A stretch of 62,494 nt of DNA, the filler included, from Sanchytrium tribonematis (Eukaryota), in NCBI GenBank assembly GCA_018985235.1. It is 16 parts of 16 records of this genome, joined end to end, with 100 filler letters (N's around TTAATTAATTAA, not from the genome) between each part and the next. Parts side by side here need not be neighbours in the genome. Positions count along the whole stretch, not along the records: positions 59,826 to 62,494 come from JADGIG010001012.1; 15 more parts are not named here. The stretch is one strand, 5' to 3'. The position numbers were made by a program, and so were the translations under genes. The notes beneath the pieces are model-generated. The model was not told where the DNA came from. It searched no databases and saw only the letters and a program-made list of their open reading frames with translations. Position 1 is the first letter of the stretch; each line of letters begins with the position of its first letter. This document shows, piece after piece, positions 59,826 through 62,494 of this stretch.

Positions 59826-60181
59826 GACACATAAAGCTAGTGCATAGCCCACCTTTACCCTGCTTATATTGTCATAGAAAGATTAAATTTAAAGGCAGGA
59901 TAGACTTACTGAGGCAGCATCTTGTTAGATGCGATGATTTTATTAAACACTGCAATGAAATTCATCAAAATGGCGGAAGAGATATTGAAGAAATAATAAA
60001 CGAGAAGTGCTACAAGATATATGAAGAAAGCAAAGCGCTATTTTTGAATCTAAGTGGATCTCCATCACCCCAAAGTCCAGAAATGTCTACAAATTATGCA
60101 ATTGGTCATTCTAATGGATTAAATGGTGCAAAGTCACCATCTGCTACTAGTACTAATGGATTTATGGACTATAGAAACTAA
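59826..60181 (+). CDS. BED-type zinc-finger protein fragment, 5' partial
   Basis: CLYC...LRQHLVRC. Confidence 0.5.
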
Positions 60182-60422
60182 ATAAATCGAGATTTGCTAG
60201 ATAATTTATAAAGATTTGGCAATTGAAAGATTTAAAACCTGGAGAGTATCTGAACAAGCATGCCGTTGCTACAACCTCATGGCTTTTATGAGTTTATTTA
60301 CTTTGATGTGACTTTAAATACGCTTATCTATCCAGTCAGACTACTGCTTATATCTTTACTCAAAAGATTGCTGAGGTATTTCAAATTTCAAAAAATAAAC
60401 GGAAGTTTTTCCAGACAAGGAG

Positions 60423-60983
60423 ATGAGTGATCACGAAGAAGCAGTCGAACACTTTGAACCAACAGCTACATATGAGCCAGTCGTGCACTTGGAAAAAGTA
60501 GATGTGAAATCTTTAGAAGAAGATGAAACTGTTTTATTAAAGCAACGTGCCAAATTGTACAGATTTGATAAAGATGCCAATGAATGGAAGGAGCGTGGCG
60601 TAGGTGACATCAAATTACTCTTAAATAAAGGAAATGCAAGAGTAAGAGTCTTAATGAGAAGAGATAAAATTCAAAAGATCTGTGCAAATCATTATATTGA
60701 CAAATCCATGGAATTGAAGCCTAATGTGGGCAGTGATAAGAGTTGGGTCTATACAGCACAAGATTATAGTGAAAACGAGGCCAAATTTGAACAATTTGCT
60801 TTAAGATTTAAAAATAGCGAATTAGCCAATATTTTCAAGGATAAATTTGAGGAATGTACTGCTTGGAATGAGTCCGTTTTAAAGGATAATAAAACCATCA
60901 AGGATAAAGAGTGTCCTAAACCATTAGAAGACACTGTAAAAGACAAGGAAGACTCAAAAGATGCTAAAAATGCAGATAAATAA
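60423..60983 (+). CDS. YRB1: Ran-binding protein 1
   Basis: RAKLYRF, EWKERGVG, KICANH, NVGSDKSWV. Confidence 0.96.
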   Translation: MSDHEEAVEHFEPTATYEPVVHLEKVDVKSLEEDETVLLKQRAKLYRFDKDANEWKERGVGDIKLLLNKGNARVRVLMRRDKIQKICANHYIDKSMELKPNVGSDKSWVYTAQDYSENEAKFEQFALRFKNSELANIFKDKFEECTAWNESVLKDNKTIKDKECPKPLEDTVKDKEDSKDAKNADK

Positions 60984-60993
60984 ATTCTCTCAT

Positions 60994-62494
60994 TTATTGC
61001 TTTTGGAAGAATTGCCACAACATTTTCGGCTGTTTATTCTTATAAGCAGCATATCCAATGGCAATTACTGCCCCAATAAGTGCCATGTATGTCAATTGTT
61101 TCTTAAAAGTCGTTTCAAAAGATTGTCGCTTTATATTTCTAAATCAGCATAAAATTACGGTTGCATGGCCATGGCTATCATTACGTAAAACACATCTGCT
61201 AAATAATCTTTGGTGCAACTAATATGAAGTGGTTTCTCCAATCCATACGTCTTTGTAAACATATCTGGCTGCATTTCACATTTCTGTGGCACATTATCTA
61301 AATCTGACTTGTTTGCAATAAATAAACATGGATAATCTGTTAAATATTGCGTATATAGATTTGCGATGAAGCTAAATGAATTAGAATCTGAGGAATCATA
61401 AATTAAACAAATTACATCAGATCCCTCTAAAACATGCTTATTCTCACTCATAAACACATCATTCGTGTATTTACTGCCATATTCTTGCAATATCAAGTAT
61501 TTTTCAGTCCCCTTGTACTCTACAGTATTAATAACAGATTGGACATTTGAAGGAGAATATTTGCTAAATTGGGTTTGTGGTTTGGTAAACATGTGTAATA
61601 AGCTAGATTTTCCACTACCAGCAGCACCCAAAACCAATATTCTAAACACCGTGCGTTGTTTTCTTTGTTTTAATTTGTCTTTTAAAAATAAACATTTTAA
61701 ACCATTTAGCGCATAAGATTTGGCAAGACTGGATTGATAATCATATTGACCAAATACTTGTGATGTAGAAATGGCTGTATTGCTACTTAAATTGGTGATA
61801 GATTTGTTATTTAAATCTGTTTCAAATGTAATTTGATTTGGACCATCAAATCCCAAATAATTGAGATATTCGAGTAGTTTAGATGGATTCAGACTGGCTA
61901 ATTTGTGGAATTCGGCAAGGAATTGTTGTAAAGTGCAATTATCTGTAATTAATGGATTTGGACACACTTGAAATAAATCTTGTAAATCAGCCAATTCTAA
62001 CATGCCATCTCTATCTAGATCATATTTAAGGAATAAATCAGTTAGAAATGAAATGCCTTTGGGTGATAATTCAGTATAATCACAATTAGGGATGGGAGGA
62101 TGTAAATATTCATCCCTGAGAAATAATTCATTAGAATATCCGAATTTCCTGAGTATAATCCATGTCGTTTCAACTCTACCACGCTGTATAAATAGCTTAT
62201 TTAAATATAAGAATCCATCTAATGTCACTGTTTCATTTTGTAAATATTTTGAATTATATTCAGAAATGGCATCTTTAATGCCCTGTAATTCTAATTTCTG
62301 TAGTGGATTACCAAACACCTTTTCTTGAAAGTAGTTCAGATCCTCATCTGATAGAAATCCGTCTTTATTTGAGTTCACTAGAGTGAAAATGCGAATTAAA
62401 GCGTCTCTACAATCTGGCTTTAATTGATGAGATTTATGGTCATATAAGACTTGTGTGGGATATAATACTGCTTTTTGTGCAAAATAGAAGCATT
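60994..62494 (-). CDS. GEM1: Mitochondrial Rho GTPase Miro/Gem1, 5' partial; 20-nt intron at 61139-61158
   Basis: Two EF-hands, QRGRVETTWIILRKFGY, second GTPase GAAGSGKS; splicing restores the C-terminal TM anchor. Confidence 0.93.

Noticed and set aside
59826..60181. BED finger as evidence of a hAT transposon
   Set aside because: No transposase domain or terminal inverted repeats; the ORF ends soon after the finger.
1..62494. CRISPR arrays, rRNA, tRNA and prokaryotic operons
   Set aside because: None recognised; gene content is eukaryotic throughout.

Overview
This window is not one locus. It is 16 assembly contigs (15 of about 2.7 kb, plus one of 20.3 kb at 28238-48568) joined by artificial 100-nt N44-TTAATTAATTAA-N44 spacers, so adjacency across spacers means nothing. 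The DNA is AT-rich, extremely gene-dense, eukaryotic and uses the standard code. A fungal-type arginine attenuator uORF together with a flagellar DRC11/IQCA1 gene points to a zoosporic early-diverging fungus. A sanchytrid-like lineage is my inference and is not verified. Main results: (1) Eleven apparent frameshifts or premature stops are repaired by ultra-short spliceosomal introns, nine of 19 nt and two of 20 nt, all ending T-N-A-T-N-W-A-G with an invariant A at -6. (2) An arginine-attenuator-peptide uORF starts 7 nt before the carbamoyl-phosphate synthase small-subunit ATG and is overprinted on its mitochondrial presequence. (3) A family of cysteine-capped, receptor-like LRR proteins appears five times; one copy has an in-frame TGA at a conserved Cys. 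(4) The genome is extremely compact, with 1-50 bp intergenic gaps, TAA stops embedded in AATAAA and a recurring TTT(G/C)AAA near start codons. All family calls come from recalled motifs; no database searches were run.
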